In this document: piece by piece, positions 8,815-18,866 of the stretch | Layout of the letters: every line of letters begins with the position of its first letter | Numbering within the stretch: the stretch's first letter is position 1 | Source of the DNA: a bacterium | Lineage (GTDB): Bacteria > RBG-13-61-14 > DATKZS01 | Length of the DNA stretch: 64,000 bases | Reading direction: 5' to 3' | Assembly: GCA_963674965.2 (NCBI GenBank) | Contig: CAXXFL010000006.1 | Coordinates: 960,001-1,024,000 of the forward strand | Position numbers and translations under genes: made by a program | Notes under the pieces: model-generated | What the model saw: the letters and a program-made list of their open reading frames with translations, nothing else | Database searches by the model: none | What the model was told of the DNA's origin: nothing

Positions 8815-9608
8815 GGGGTCTCCTTGCCTGGCTTCTTGAGCCACGGCTGGGCGACGTGCGGGTTATAGAAGCGCAGTCGGCTCTCGCGGGGACCGGGGAC
8901 GATGATCTCGATGGACTGGCGGGTGACCTCGCCGATTTGCCTTTCGCTCTCCAGAAAGCAGACCAGGCCGTAATCCTCGCCGCAGGGGAATTTGAATTTG
9001 TCTCGGTTCTGGTAGAGGGTGGGTTCGGTCCAGTCGAGGGCCAGAGCTTGGTCCTTGATGGCATCGACCTTCCCCACGGCCTCGGGGGAGACGCGGTGGG
9101 TGAACCTGAAGTTCCCGTTGGCCGGGAAGAGGTGTTCGGGTATCGGCTCGACCGGGGCCATCTTCGCTTCCTGCTTGTCCAGGTCGCCAGCCTTCCAGGG
9201 AACGGGAGGAGAGTAAGCCTGGGCGTCCAGCCGGTTGATGGCCTCTTGTATCTGGCCTTCGCCGAAATTCTTCATCGCCCATTCGTGAATGGGCATGAAC
9301 TTACCACGCAAGTCCTCATAGGCGGCCTTGGCAAGTCTCCCCGAGTCGCATGCTTTTTTCGCCAGCATGATCTTGGAGCGGAGCCAGGCATAGTATTCGG
9401 GATCGAGGCGGCGGAAACAGAGGTCATCGTAAGTGACGTCGCGGGCGTAAAGCTGGAGCTTATCGGTCTCCCAGGTTTTGAGCGTGGGGGAAACGTAAAG
9501 GGCCGGCTGTTGAATCGAGTCGATGGGTTTATCCGATGGGCAGGGACTTATTGGTGTGGCTTCGGTGTCGGCGTTTGAATATTCCTGCATGTGTCGGAGC
9601 AGGCTCAT
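8811..9608 (-). CDS. Hypothetical phage protein
   Basis: Long ORF; SD aaggag before the ATG at 9608. Confidence 0.7.
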   Translation of the reverse strand: MSLLRHMQEYSNADTEATPISPCPSDKPIDSIQQPALYVSPTLKTWETDKLQLYARDVTYDDLCFRRLDPEYYAWLRSKIMLAKKACDSGRLAKAAYEDLRGKFMPIHEWAMKNFGEGQIQEAINRLDAQAYSPPVPWKAGDLDKQEAKMAPVEPIPEHLFPANGNFRFTHRVSPEAVGKVDAIKDQALALDWTEPTLYQNRDKFKFPCGEDYGLVCFLESERQIGEVTRQSIEIIVPGPRESRLRFYNPHVAQPWLKKPGKETP

Positions 9609-9645
9609 GGTTCGCTTCTCCTTGCTTGAGATTTGGGGTCCATAA

Positions 9646-9680
9646 GGATACATACTGGAACGCGAGTAAAAGTGTCGGAA
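9646..9680 (-). promoter_or_regulatory. Phage bipartite motif, copy 3
   Basis: Plus strand ggatacatact-N15-gtgtcggaa. Confidence 0.72.
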
Positions 9681-9704
9681 GTTTTTTGAAAAAAAGTTCG
9701 CGGT

Positions 9705-10022
9705 GGTGAAAGGGTGAAAGGTTCGGATGGGTCAAAAGGACCTTTCACCATGACCTTTCACCACACCTAACCATTCAATTTCAATAAATAAATAATAAAA
9801 TATGGTGAAAGGGTGAAAGGTATAGATAGATATGTCTATTAATGGACAAAAAATAAAAGCTACCATACCCTCTACATGGCCCCCCACCCATATTTTTTTT
9901 CTTAAACATGGAGAGTGACCTCTGGGAACCTTTCACCCTTTCACCATGCGGGGTAACCATTTGGATTTTCATTCCTTTTTCAGAGTGAAAGGTTCGCCGT
10001 GGTGAAAGGGTACCCTTTCACC
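9705..10022. repeat. Iteron array around an AT-rich core; probable phage replication origin
   Basis: GGTGAAAG at 9705, 9713, 9804, 9812, 10001; its reverse complement CTTTCACC at 9742, 9755, 9930, 9938, 10015; one variant at 9984; AT-rich tract about 9775-9860; directly downstream of the primase-helicase gene. Confidence 0.75.
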
Positions 10023-10052
10023 CAATGGGCTGAACGGAAAAAAAGAAGCCGG

Positions 10053-13000
10053 TTATCGGGGAAGACAGGTGATGTTGTAAGTGGTGATTCGAGCGTGGCC
10101 TTGATTCAGTTTGATGTCGAACCCAGCCTGTTGGATGGTTTTCAAATCATTCGAGAAACGTTGCGCGAACTGCTGGACGGATTTCATGTTGAAGGAGAGG
10201 CTGAAATCCTTAGCGATCCGGCGGAGGGCGACGAAGAGATCGCGGGCCAGGGCGTCCTTGATCGTATCCTCGTCCTGAAAATCCAGCTGGTAGCGTTCCA
10301 TGAACGCGGCCTTGTTGGACTTGACCACGTTGGTCGCCGTGCTCTCCTGGTCGGCTTCGAGCGCGTGGCGATAAGCCTTGAAGAGAGTGGCAAGGGCCGT
10401 GGCGATGGGGTTGGACTCGCGGGCCGTCTCCAGGCTCACACTGTTAATAGAGGCGATCCGCTCCACGAACTGCGGGTGGAGGGTCTCCAGGGCCTGGGCG
10501 ATTTCCTCGGGGGACTCGCCCGCGATCATCATCAGGTACATGAGGCTCAGGTAGTCGTTGCAGCGGCGCTTGTTGTGATGGCCCAGGGTCTGGTGCAACA
10601 GGCGCATGACCTTCTCCTGCGCCCCGTCCCGGAGCAGGGCCAGGACATGGCTGGTGCGTTTCATCAGCGCGGAGAGGATGAAGTCCCGGCGCTGCTTGAT
10701 GGCGTCCAGGACCTTGGCCTCGAGGAAGCAGTCGCTGGCCTGCTCATTGATGTCGAAGCGGATGATGAAGGTGCGCGAGAGAATCTCGGCCAACTCTCCG
10801 CCCAGCGGCTCAATGCCGGTGGTGTTGAGCAGGCACTTGGTCCGCTCGACGATCGTCTCGGTGTCGGTCCCGCCCCGGCGTTTTTCCTTGGCGATCCCGG
10901 TGATGCTGGTGAGCAGGAAGGTGGTGAGTTCATCGGTCAGCTGGGCGACCTCGATGTTATCCAGGAAGATGCAGGGGTTCCGCGAGCCGTCGGTGTAGTT
11001 GGCGGCTATGGTGCTGGTCTTCTGTTCGGTCTCGCCGTAGAGCAGGGCGGAGATGAGTTTGCTGGCCGTGGTCTTGCCGGACTGCGAACTGCCCTCGAAG
11101 CGGGTCATGGGCCGGGTCCCCACGAAGTCGATGAGTAGGAAGCACGAGAGCCAGAGCAAGATCAGGAAGCGGTCGCCCTGGGCGCAGGGCAGGTTGCAGA
11201 CAATGAGGTCCAGGAGCATCCGATCAGCCTCCTCGATGTCCGCGTCCGGCCGGAACTTGAAGGGCCTCATTTTGTTCGAGGCTTGGAGGATGATCTTGTC
11301 CGCGTTGCCGCCGTTCTTCATGATCTCGATGCCCTCGGGTGTGATCTTGGCTATCTCGTGATCGGAGTTGTTGAGATTGAAGTAAAGGGTATAGCGGCCC
11401 ACGTTGGTGTGGAGCCACATGAAGTCATCCCGCATTTCGCCCCGGTCCATCGCCAGGTTGGACAGGACCTCGTAGAAAGTGCGGCCGCCATTAGTGGTCT
11501 GGACAATGCCGGTGTGCTTGTACATGGTCGAATAGTAACTGCGCTTGCGGCCCCGGTCGAAGCTGTCCATCCACAGGAGCCGATCCTCGAAGAACATGAA
11601 CGGTTCGCCTCGGGGCGTGTAGAAGAACCGGGCCCCGTTGGACAAGAACCACTCGAACGCGACCTCGGCAATCTTGGCGTAGTCCGGCCCGCCCGATGCC
11701 TCGTCGGCCTCGATCATGGCCTGCTCGATCCGGGCGCGGCACGAGCCAGGCGGGGCGTTGGACGTGTATTTTTCCGACCGCCTTCTCCCGCGAGACCGGG
11801 CCGCGCTTTGCTTCTGCGCGGCTTTGACCTGGTCCCGCAGCGTGGTGAGCGAGAGGTTCTCCTTGCCGAACTTCTCCTGGAGAATTTTCAAGTGGCGATT
11901 TTGTTCGAGCGGGACCAGATGGGCAACCTCAAGGAGAATCGGTTCGAGGAGCCGGTTGCGCTCCTGCTCGGGGAGATCGGTCGGCAGATTGACGATCCCG
12001 AACTCCAGGGGCGTCTGGGCCTGGGCCAGAAGACCTTCGAAGTCCGCCCCGGTGTGGCCGGAGAGGAAGTAATCGTTGACGTCTATCTTGGCTTGGGAGA
12101 GCAGCTGCTCGGCCTGCTTGATCTCTTCGTCCGAGCGCCCGGCCAGGAGCTTTTTCAATTCGCCCGGGCCGACGTTTGCGGTGACATTGAATGCTCGCTG
12201 GAGTTGACCGCGGGCTTGCTCCTGCTTTTCGGTTAGAGGGAGGACCACAAGTCTGGTCTCGATATTGTGTTCGGCCAGGATGCTTGCGGTCTTCATGGCC
12301 CCGTGCAAGCCCGCCTGCGAGACCTCGTTGTCCTGGCAGATATAGATGGTCTTCACCCCCCGCAGCTTGGGGATGAGCCGCTCCCAGTCCGCCTGCCGGA
12401 TTCTCACCGTGACCGGCGAGACCGCCGGGAAGCCCTGCTCCATCAGCGAGATGCAGTCGGTCACTCCTTCCGTGATGATCACCCGGTCAGGCCGGGCCAG
12501 CAGACAGTCCTCGTTGAACAGGAAGCTGTTGTTCACGCAGGCCGCGATGTGCTTGTTGGAGCCTTCGTTGTTCACCGGGAGCTTCTTGTACTTGCCCTGC
12601 TCCCAGGGCTTGTCCGGGGTCCAGGGGGTCTTGCGGCCGATCATGAAGACCACGCGGCCCCGGCTCCAGTAGGGGAACACGATCCGAGCGTCAAAGAAGG
12701 GGAACACCCCGTCCTGGCTCGTCGGTCTGAAGGCCCCGCTCGCGGCCAGTTCCCGGAGAGTGAAATTATAGGGAGAGCCGGTCAGGGCCTTGAGCAGGCC
12801 CGGGCGCTCTTCTCCATTCGGACACCTGATCGGGGAGTTTAAGGCATAGCCGATCAGAAGCTTGTCGATGGCCTCATCGGAGATCCCATAATGCGCGTGG
12901 AACCACTCCAGGACCTTGGGGGACTCCTTGAGCCGCTCGTGATAGAAACCCGCGAGCGCGGTCAAGGCTTCCTGCACCCGCAATTCCAAAATGCGCGCGG

Positions 13001-13388
13001 CCTCGGTCTCCTTAAGGTGTTCGGGGGAGAGGCCGTATTCGGATAGCGGCGGCAGCCCGGCCTTTTCCGCGAGGTAGTCCCGGGCGCGGCGATGGCTGTC
13101 GGGCATGGTCCCGGATCGACCGGCGGTCACTTTGCCGGACTGGACGAATTCCACCAGCTGGAGCACGTCCCCGCCCGCGCCGCACCCGAAGCAGTGCCAG
13201 CCCTGCTTGTCGAGCATGATGTGGAGCGAGCGATGGGACTGGCTCTTGTGGTTGGGGCAGTCGCACTGGAGCAGATGCCCCGACTCCTGGATGATGCGCC
13301 CGGCAAGGAGGTCGCGGGCTACCTGGCCGATGTCAATCTCGGTGATGAGCCGGTAATACTCCCTGACGTTTGCGAGCGAGGCCGCCAT
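10053..13388 (-). CDS. DNA primase-helicase (CHC2 zinc finger + TOPRIM + P-loop helicase)
   Basis: CPNH...WHCFGC zinc finger; ITEGVTD and QDNE TOPRIM motifs; GSSQSGKTT Walker A; IFLDN Walker B. Confidence 0.88.
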   Translation of the reverse strand: MAASLANVREYYRLITEIDIGQVARDLLAGRIIQESGHLLQCDCPNHKSQSHRSLHIMLDKQGWHCFGCGAGGDVLQLVEFVQSGKVTAGRSGTMPDSHRRARDYLAEKAGLPPLSEYGLSPEHLKETEAARILELRVQEALTALAGFYHERLKESPKVLEWFHAHYGISDEAIDKLLIGYALNSPIRCPNGEERPGLLKALTGSPYNFTLRELAASGAFRPTSQDGVFPFFDARIVFPYWSRGRVVFMIGRKTPWTPDKPWEQGKYKKLPVNNEGSNKHIAACVNNSFLFNEDCLLARPDRVIITEGVTDCISLMEQGFPAVSPVTVRIRQADWERLIPKLRGVKTIYICQDNEVSQAGLHGAMKTASILAEHNIETRLVVLPLTEKQEQARGQLQRAFNVTANVGPGELKKLLAGRSDEEIKQAEQLLSQAKIDVNDYFLSGHTGADFEGLLAQAQTPLEFGIVNLPTDLPEQERNRLLEPILLEVAHLVPLEQNRHLKILQEKFGKENLSLTTLRDQVKAAQKQSAARSRGRRRSEKYTSNAPPGSCRARIEQAMIEADEASGGPDYAKIAEVAFEWFLSNGARFFYTPRGEPFMFFEDRLLWMDSFDRGRKRSYYSTMYKHTGIVQTTNGGRTFYEVLSNLAMDRGEMRDDFMWLHTNVGRYTLYFNLNNSDHEIAKITPEGIEIMKNGGNADKIILQASNKMRPFKFRPDADIEEADRMLLDLIVCNLPCAQGDRFLILLWLSCFLLIDFVGTRPMTRFEGSSQSGKTTASKLISALLYGETEQKTSTIAANYTDGSRNPCIFLDNIEVAQLTDELTTFLLTSITGIAKEKRRGGTDTETIVERTKCLLNTTGIEPLGGELAEILSRTFIIRFDINEQASDCFLEAKVLDAIKQRRDFILSALMKRTSHVLALLRDGAQEKVMRLLHQTLGHHNKRRCNDYLSLMYLMMIAGESPEEIAQALETLHPQFVERIASINSVSLETARESNPIATALATLFKAYRHALEADQESTATNVVKSNKAAFMERYQLDFQDEDTIKDALARDLFVALRRIAKDFSLSFNMKSVQQFAQRFSNDLKTIQQAGFDIKLNQGHARITTYNITCLPR

Positions 13389-13399
13389 ATCGCTCCCGC

Positions 13400-15610
13400 T
13401 TAAGGTCGAGCTTCATTGCTTTGCGGAACCGGCTCGGCCAAATAAATGGACAAGAAGGTCTTGCGTTCGTCCAGGTGTCGCTTCTTCACGCAGTTCTTGA
13501 TCCCCCAACGGTCGCCGATAATCACGGCGGTCTCCCTGGCCCGCGTGACGCCGGTGTAAAAAAGATTGCGATGGTGCATGAAGGCGTGGGACTTGTGGAC
13601 GATGACAATGGCGCAGGGGTATTCCGATCCCTGGGCTTTATGGATAGTGATCGCGTATGCCAGCTGCACGTCCTGCAGGTTGGGGGCCTCGACCGTAACC
13701 GGCATGCCGTCGAAGTCGATAGTGAGCGATCCCTTACGGTCCACGTCAACCACCATGCCGACCGCGCCGTTCATCACCCCAAGTTCATAGTTGTTGCGGG
13801 TCTGGATGACCTTGTCGAACGCGTGGAACTTGGGCCGCCTGCCCGGAGGCGTGTCCGGCACGTGGACTCCCCAAAGCTTGCGCTGCAGGAGCTTCTGGAG
13901 CTTTATGTTCAACTCGACCGTGCCGAGCGGCCCCTTGTGCGTGGGCGTCAAGACCTGCACGTCATTGATGAGATTGAAGCCCAGGCCCTCTTCGATCCTT
14001 TGCTTGAACATCTCCAGGAGGGCTTGTTGCGCCTCCTGATGATCGGTGAACTGGTCAAGGAGATACCATCCCTGTCGCTTGATCTTTTTCTCTTCGGCGG
14101 TCTTGCGGACCTCCCCATTCAGGACCGCGATGCAGTTCTCCTTCAGCACCCCCGCCTGGCGGACGACCTTGTCGAGGACCACGGTGGGCACGGCCTGGGT
14201 CTGGATCAGGTCGCGCAACATGTTGCCCGGGCCGACCGGCGGCAGCTGGTTGTGGTCTCCCACCAGCACCACGGCGGTCTGGCTCAAGTTGATCGTTCGG
14301 AACAAGCGCCAGGCCAGTGGCACGTCCACCATCGAGACCTCATCAATGATGATCACATCGGCGTCAAGGAGATCGTCCCGACCGCGAGCATAGGTCTTGC
14401 CGTTGAATCCGAGCAGGCGATGGATGGTGCTTGCCGAATGCCCAACCACCTGTTCGAGCCTCTTGGCGGCCTTGCCGGTGGGCGCGGCCAGGATGACGCT
14501 CAAGCCCTGCTCTTCATAGATGCTGGTGATCGCGGAGACCGTGTAGGTCTTGCCGCTGCCCGCGCCGCCGGAGATGAGAGTAATCGAGTGAGACAAGGCC
14601 AAGGTCACCGCTCGGCGCTGTCCATCATTGAGGCTGGGAGCCGCGCGGTCCACGAGTTCAGAGACATCGTTTCGGTCATCGAAAATCGGGTTGGCCTGGA
14701 CGCCCCAGCGAAGAGACCTTGATAGGTCATCTTCCATCGCCTGGATGTCCGGCTTGGCGATGATGAACCGACCTCCATGCGATGAGCATGAAAGTTGCCT
14801 TGAGTCGATCAGCGCGTCCAACTCCCTCTCGATCCGGTCGCGGCTGTCGAGCGTGTCCATCACCAGGAGCAAGTTGGCGCGGTCCAGAAGGTCTTCATAT
14901 TCAACCCAGCAGTCACCCCGGTCCAAGGCCTCGTCGAGGCAATGAACAATCCCGGCCCGGATGCGAGGGCCGTGGTCCTTGGGCGTGCCCATCTTGCGGG
15001 CGACCTTGTCCACCTTCTTGAAGCCGAAGCCGGAGACCTCCCGGATGATCAAGTAGGGGTCGGCCTGGAGCATGCCCAAGACGTTATTGCCGAACCTCTC
15101 TACCAGGCTCGTCACTTGGTGATGGGTGAGTTCGAAGCTCGCAAGCCAAGTGAGGGCCTTGTTGACCAGGCGAGTCCGGTCCCATTCGTCCCGCAATTGG
15201 ATGATCTTATCCACGGAGACTCTGGCGGTCTTGGCGATGGCCTCTGCATCCTCGGCGAGTGCGCGGTCGAAGTCATCTCCGAACCGCTCGACTATGAGCT
15301 TGGCCTTGACCGGACCGATGCCCTTGACGTGAGGGTTGTTGGCGAGGTAGTTGGCCAAGCCCGCGGAGCCGAGGTCCAGGTTGTACTCCATGTTCTCAAC
15401 CTCAAACTGCCTGCCATACTTGGGATGCATGATCCAGCGGCCATTAAGCACGACCGAGTCGTTCTCCTGCGCGAACAGGTTGCCTGCGAACTGGACGTCC
15501 TCGCCCGAGTCCGTTTGTAGCCTCCCCGCCGAAAACTTGCCCCCGGCGAAAAAGACCTTCTCAATCGTGCCCCGGATGGTTGCCGGGGTTGTTGGTTTTT
15601 TGTCTGTCAT
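13400..15610 (-). CDS. RecD2-like SF1B helicase
   Basis: HhH (KGIGP), GGAGSGKT, IIDEVSMVD, GDHNQLPPVG, AYAITIHKAQGSE, LFYTGVTRA. Confidence 0.92.
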   Translation of the reverse strand: MTDKKPTTPATIRGTIEKVFFAGGKFSAGRLQTDSGEDVQFAGNLFAQENDSVVLNGRWIMHPKYGRQFEVENMEYNLDLGSAGLANYLANNPHVKGIGPVKAKLIVERFGDDFDRALAEDAEAIAKTARVSVDKIIQLRDEWDRTRLVNKALTWLASFELTHHQVTSLVERFGNNVLGMLQADPYLIIREVSGFGFKKVDKVARKMGTPKDHGPRIRAGIVHCLDEALDRGDCWVEYEDLLDRANLLLVMDTLDSRDRIERELDALIDSRQLSCSSHGGRFIIAKPDIQAMEDDLSRSLRWGVQANPIFDDRNDVSELVDRAAPSLNDGQRRAVTLALSHSITLISGGAGSGKTYTVSAITSIYEEQGLSVILAAPTGKAAKRLEQVVGHSASTIHRLLGFNGKTYARGRDDLLDADVIIIDEVSMVDVPLAWRLFRTINLSQTAVVLVGDHNQLPPVGPGNMLRDLIQTQAVPTVVLDKVVRQAGVLKENCIAVLNGEVRKTAEEKKIKRQGWYLLDQFTDHQEAQQALLEMFKQRIEEGLGFNLINDVQVLTPTHKGPLGTVELNIKLQKLLQRKLWGVHVPDTPPGRRPKFHAFDKVIQTRNNYELGVMNGAVGMVVDVDRKGSLTIDFDGMPVTVEAPNLQDVQLAYAITIHKAQGSEYPCAIVIVHKSHAFMHHRNLFYTGVTRARETAVIIGDRWGIKNCVKKRHLDERKTFLSIYLAEPVPQSNEARP

Positions 15611-16043
15611 TCTTGGATACCTTTTGATAAACGCGCAGCAGGTAAGCCTCGACAAAAAGGCAACCGAGCTGGCGGCTCCCGCAAAAGAACACCGGCACGC
15701 CTAAATCCACGATGATGGAGATGGCCGCGCCCAGGACCGAGTTGGGATGAGCGCCGCTCACGTACTTGGCCTCGATGATGTTGTCCAGATCCGCCTCGAC
15801 CACGATGCAGGCATCCGGGTATTCCGCGAGGCGCTTCAACTCCTTGTGGAACCGCTCCCTGCCTCGGATGACGGTGGAGACGAAGTCCGCGAGCGACTTT
15901 CGCTCCACCGCCACCGAGCCTTCGTAACCCGCAAGCGAATAGTCCCCGGCCTGAAGCGTTCGGCGGATTGCGGTAATGCGCTGCGGATCAAAGCCGTAAG
16001 GCTCCTGTTCCCGCGTGTCGACAACGATGGTGATCTTGTCCAT
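15561..16043 (-). CDS. ERCC4-domain nuclease
   Basis: VDTREQ...GDYS...VERKS signature. Confidence 0.9.
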   Translation of the reverse strand: MDKITIVVDTREQEPYGFDPQRITAIRRTLQAGDYSLAGYEGSVAVERKSLADFVSTVIRGRERFHKELKRLAEYPDACIVVEADLDNIIEAKYVSGAHPNSVLGAAISIIVDLGVPVFFCGSRQLGCLFVEAYLLRVYQKVSKNDRQKTNNPGNHPGHD

Positions 16044-16071
16044 GCCTGCCCATTCTTGCTGCGCAGGCCGC

Positions 16072-16560
16072 TTAGAACGGGATGTCCGAAGGCGTCGAAC
16101 TCGGCTTGTCCCCGCTGTCCTCCAGTACGATCCGCTTGTTGAGGTACACGTTCTCGTTCTCGCCCTTGGTGCGCTTGGTCACCTCGAGCTTGACATCGAG
16201 CAGCTTATTGAGGTTTTGGGATAGATCCGAGAGTTTCTCCAGAGTGAGACCGCAGGTGTGCAAGTCGTTCTTGAGCCACTTGATGTTCTCGCTGGTGACG
16301 ATGACGTTGTTGCGCCAGAGCAGCCGCCCGGCGAACTTGGGGGCCAGGATGCGCAGGGTCCACTTCAGCATCGGCGCGCCCGAGGTCTGGGCCCGGGTTA
16401 GTTCCACCTTCTCCACGTTGACTTGGTACTTGCCGTCCGGCACTGGATCGAATTCGCGCTCTTCGATCTCCGCCTGGACATACTCGTTGTTGAACTGCGA
16501 AAGGTCGATGTCGCCGGTCCAGCCGGAGGCGGGATTGGTCTCGAATTCATTGTTCGTCAT
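16072..16560 (-). CDS. DUF669 family protein (phage SSB-like)
   Basis: PVPDGKYQVNVEKVE...MLKWTLRI; C-terminal DIPF tail typical of SSBs. Confidence 0.75.
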   Translation of the reverse strand: MTNNEFETNPASGWTGDIDLSQFNNEYVQAEIEEREFDPVPDGKYQVNVEKVELTRAQTSGAPMLKWTLRILAPKFAGRLLWRNNVIVTSENIKWLKNDLHTCGLTLEKLSDLSQNLNKLLDVKLEVTKRTKGENENVYLNKRIVLEDSGDKPSSTPSDIPF

Positions 16561-16577
16561 GGTTCGGTCCTCCTTGG

Positions 16578-17363
16578 TTAATTGGTTTGGTTAGCGGGCG
16601 TGGTCGGTTTGGCTTGAGGGGCGGCGGGCTTGGCCTCGGGACGCGATGTGCTCGGCTTGGGCGCGGATGTCGCGCCGTTGAACGCCTCCATGAACTTGCC
16701 GAAGTCGAGGTCAATCACCTCGGGCATCCGTCCGGTGCGGTCGCCAGCCTCGTAGTTCAAGCTGGGCTTGGTCCTCATGACCCTGCGATAGTTGGGCTTG
16801 CCGTCTTCGCCGGGGACCGCTTCGATGTCGCAGAAAAGGATCACGTCAACCATGCCCAGGACCATCTTCCGGGCCTTGTCCGGCAGGGTGGGCACGACCC
16901 TGGTGTGCTTGCCCGTGCGGGTCTCGATATCCTTTTCCTGGGAGTGGGAGATGAGGAACAGTCCGTAAGGCAGGAAGGCCAGCTTGGTCAGCACGCGATG
17001 GAACTCGTTGTTGATGAGCGCATAGCCCTTGCCGTAGCCCAGGTCCGACTCGTGCTCGATCTTGAACTTCTTGCAGATGTAGTCCGAACACATGCGATAG
17101 GCGTTGTCCAGGGTATCGATCACGATGGTCTTGAAGTCGTGCTTGCCCTCGGCGATCTCGGCGCAGGCGGCGAGCAGTTCCTCCCAGTTGTTGATGGGAG
17201 CCTGGAAGACCTCGAGGGAATTGAGCCCCGGCTCGGTCGCCAGGAAGAGGGCGTGGTCCGCCTTAGAACATACGGTCGATTTGCCTAACTTCGAAGGCCC
17301 GTACAATAGGATCGTCAAGTTGGAAATGTCTTCTTTGGTGGGAGTTTTTTCCTTGGGTAACAT
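16578..17363 (-). CDS. Phage AAA ATPase (AAA_24 / Sak4-like)
   Basis: LLYGPSKLGKST, TIVIDTLD, LISHS. Confidence 0.85.
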   Translation of the reverse strand: MLPKEKTPTKEDISNLTILLYGPSKLGKSTVCSKADHALFLATEPGLNSLEVFQAPINNWEELLAACAEIAEGKHDFKTIVIDTLDNAYRMCSDYICKKFKIEHESDLGYGKGYALINNEFHRVLTKLAFLPYGLFLISHSQEKDIETRTGKHTRVVPTLPDKARKMVLGMVDVILFCDIEAVPGEDGKPNYRRVMRTKPSLNYEAGDRTGRMPEVIDLDFGKFMEAFNGATSAPKPSTSRPEAKPAAPQAKPTTPANQTN

Positions 17364-17380
17364 TGTCAATTCTCCTTTCA

Positions 17381-18421
17381 TCAAAATGCCGGGGCGCAAT
17401 CGCTGGCCGCCTGGTCCCGGTCAATGGATTGGTTGGCCTCGACCAGTTCCTCGTGAGGAATGACCTTCTGGTAGAGGTTGTCGATTACGTTGGGATTACC
17501 GTTCGAACTGCAAAGGGGGAAGTAGGCGCACGGTCTCCGGTAATGAAAACAGAACGCGGTGTTCTGATAGAAGACCTCGCGGCGGCGCGCGTCGAGCAGC
17601 GCCTGGGAGAGTTCCCACAACTCGGAGCGTAAGGTTTCGAACTGGTCGCGGGAAAGATAGAGCATCTCGCGATGGAACATTCCCGGCTCGGTGTACTTGG
17701 CGGCCAGCCGTTCCTGGAAGTCATCGTCGCTCTCCGGCATCTTGCGCTTGGCGCTGCTCTTGCCGGTCTTGGACTTGGCGATCAACTCCGCCCGCCGCGC
17801 TTCGAACTCGGTTTCCGTCTCGCCCTTGCCCTGCTGGAGCCTGGCCTTGACCAGGATGTTGTAGATGACTCCGGAGATCTTGACCCCGAGCGCCTGCTCC
17901 ACGTACCAGGTGTAGAGGATGATCTGGAAGTCGGTCCACAACCTCTCAAGGTAATCGGCGTCCAGTTGCGAGGCGGTCTTGTGCTCGAGCAGGAAGTTTT
18001 CATCGCCGATTCGGACAATGCCGTCCACCTTGCCCGCCAGGGTGAAGCTTCTCGATGAGGCCCCCGTGGCGGGGTTTATGATCTTCCCTTCGAAAGGCTG
18101 TTCGAGGGCGACCACTTCGAATTCCTCATCCGGGTACCGGGCCGCGTAAGCCTTCATCATCGCGGCCGCCAGGTGCCATTCCCGAAGCTCATTGTCATCC
18201 TGGGTCCGGTTAGGGTAGGAGCGGTCGATGTATTCGAGCACCGCGGCGAGGTCCCGTCCCCGATGCCAGAGCTCGAGGCACTCATGAATGATCGATCCGA
18301 AGCTGAGGTTCCTGTCCTTCTCCAGCGGCACGAGTTCCTTGATGTAACGCCACTCGAAGGCTTTGCGGCAGTTGCGGAACATGGACCACATCGAATAGGT
18401 GGTGATCATCTGGCCGCTCAT
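17381..18421 (-). CDS. PD-(D/E)XK nuclease (RecB/Cas4-like)
   Basis: N-terminal C (NCRK), GKVDGIV...LEHKT, Q..LY, C-terminal CFHYRRPCAYFPLC Fe-S-type cysteines. Confidence 0.85.
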   Translation of the reverse strand: MSGQMITTYSMWSMFRNCRKAFEWRYIKELVPLEKDRNLSFGSIIHECLELWHRGRDLAAVLEYIDRSYPNRTQDDNELREWHLAAAMMKAYAARYPDEEFEVVALEQPFEGKIINPATGASSRSFTLAGKVDGIVRIGDENFLLEHKTASQLDADYLERLWTDFQIILYTWYVEQALGVKISGVIYNILVKARLQQGKGETETEFEARRAELIAKSKTGKSSAKRKMPESDDDFQERLAAKYTEPGMFHREMLYLSRDQFETLRSELWELSQALLDARRREVFYQNTAFCFHYRRPCAYFPLCSSNGNPNVIDNLYQKVIPHEELVEANQSIDRDQAASDCAPAF

Positions 18422-18735
18422 ACCGCCGCCTCCATGGGCTGGCGGGGTTCCTCCCGTGGCTCTCGGGCAAGCGTACGCTCGACCTTGAACGCCTCTTCCC
18501 CGAATTGCCGGGTGATAAAACCGGTGAAAATTTTGGCGATGTTCCTGCCGACCTCGGTGCCCGCGTCGATTACGCATGAGCGCTTTTTCAGGTCCAATCT
18601 GAATTTCGCGTCCAGCCTGATCAGGGACCGACCATGCATGCACTCGGCGGCGAGAGCCGACAACATCAGAGAGTCCTCCACGTCCTCGAGCGCCACCTCG
18701 GGATAAAACTTGTAATGGTAAACTTGCGAATTCAT
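18418..18735 (-). CDS. Hypothetical phage protein
   Basis: SD aggagg before the ATG at 18735; ATGA overlap with the next gene. Confidence 0.7.
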   Translation of the reverse strand: MNSQVYHYKFYPEVALEDVEDSLMLSALAAECMHGRSLIRLDAKFRLDLKKRSCVIDAGTEVGRNIAKIFTGFITRQFGEEAFKVERTLAREPREEPRQPMEAAV

Positions 18736-18819
18736 TTTTTGCCTCCTTTCATGGCCGTGGGCCATGGTCCTTTTCGCTCCGGCTTTTATTCCGAGAGCGT
18801 TTTGCGAGGCGCCTCTGCG

Positions 18820-18855
18820 GGATATATACCGGCGCAAAAAGAAAAGTGTCGAAAA
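18820..18855 (-). promoter_or_regulatory. Phage bipartite motif, copy 4 (upstream of the recombination/replication operon)
   Basis: Plus strand ggatatatacc-N15-gtgtcgaaaa. Confidence 0.75.
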
Positions 18856-18866
18856 AATGTCTCCTT

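Noticed and set aside
9999-14722. Long plus-strand ORFs (379, 317 and 450 aa) opposite the primase and RecD2 genes
   Set aside because: Antisense shadows typical of high-GC coding DNA.
17381-18421. Cas4-like nuclease as evidence of CRISPR-Cas
   Set aside because: It lies in a phage recombination operon, with no array or other cas genes.
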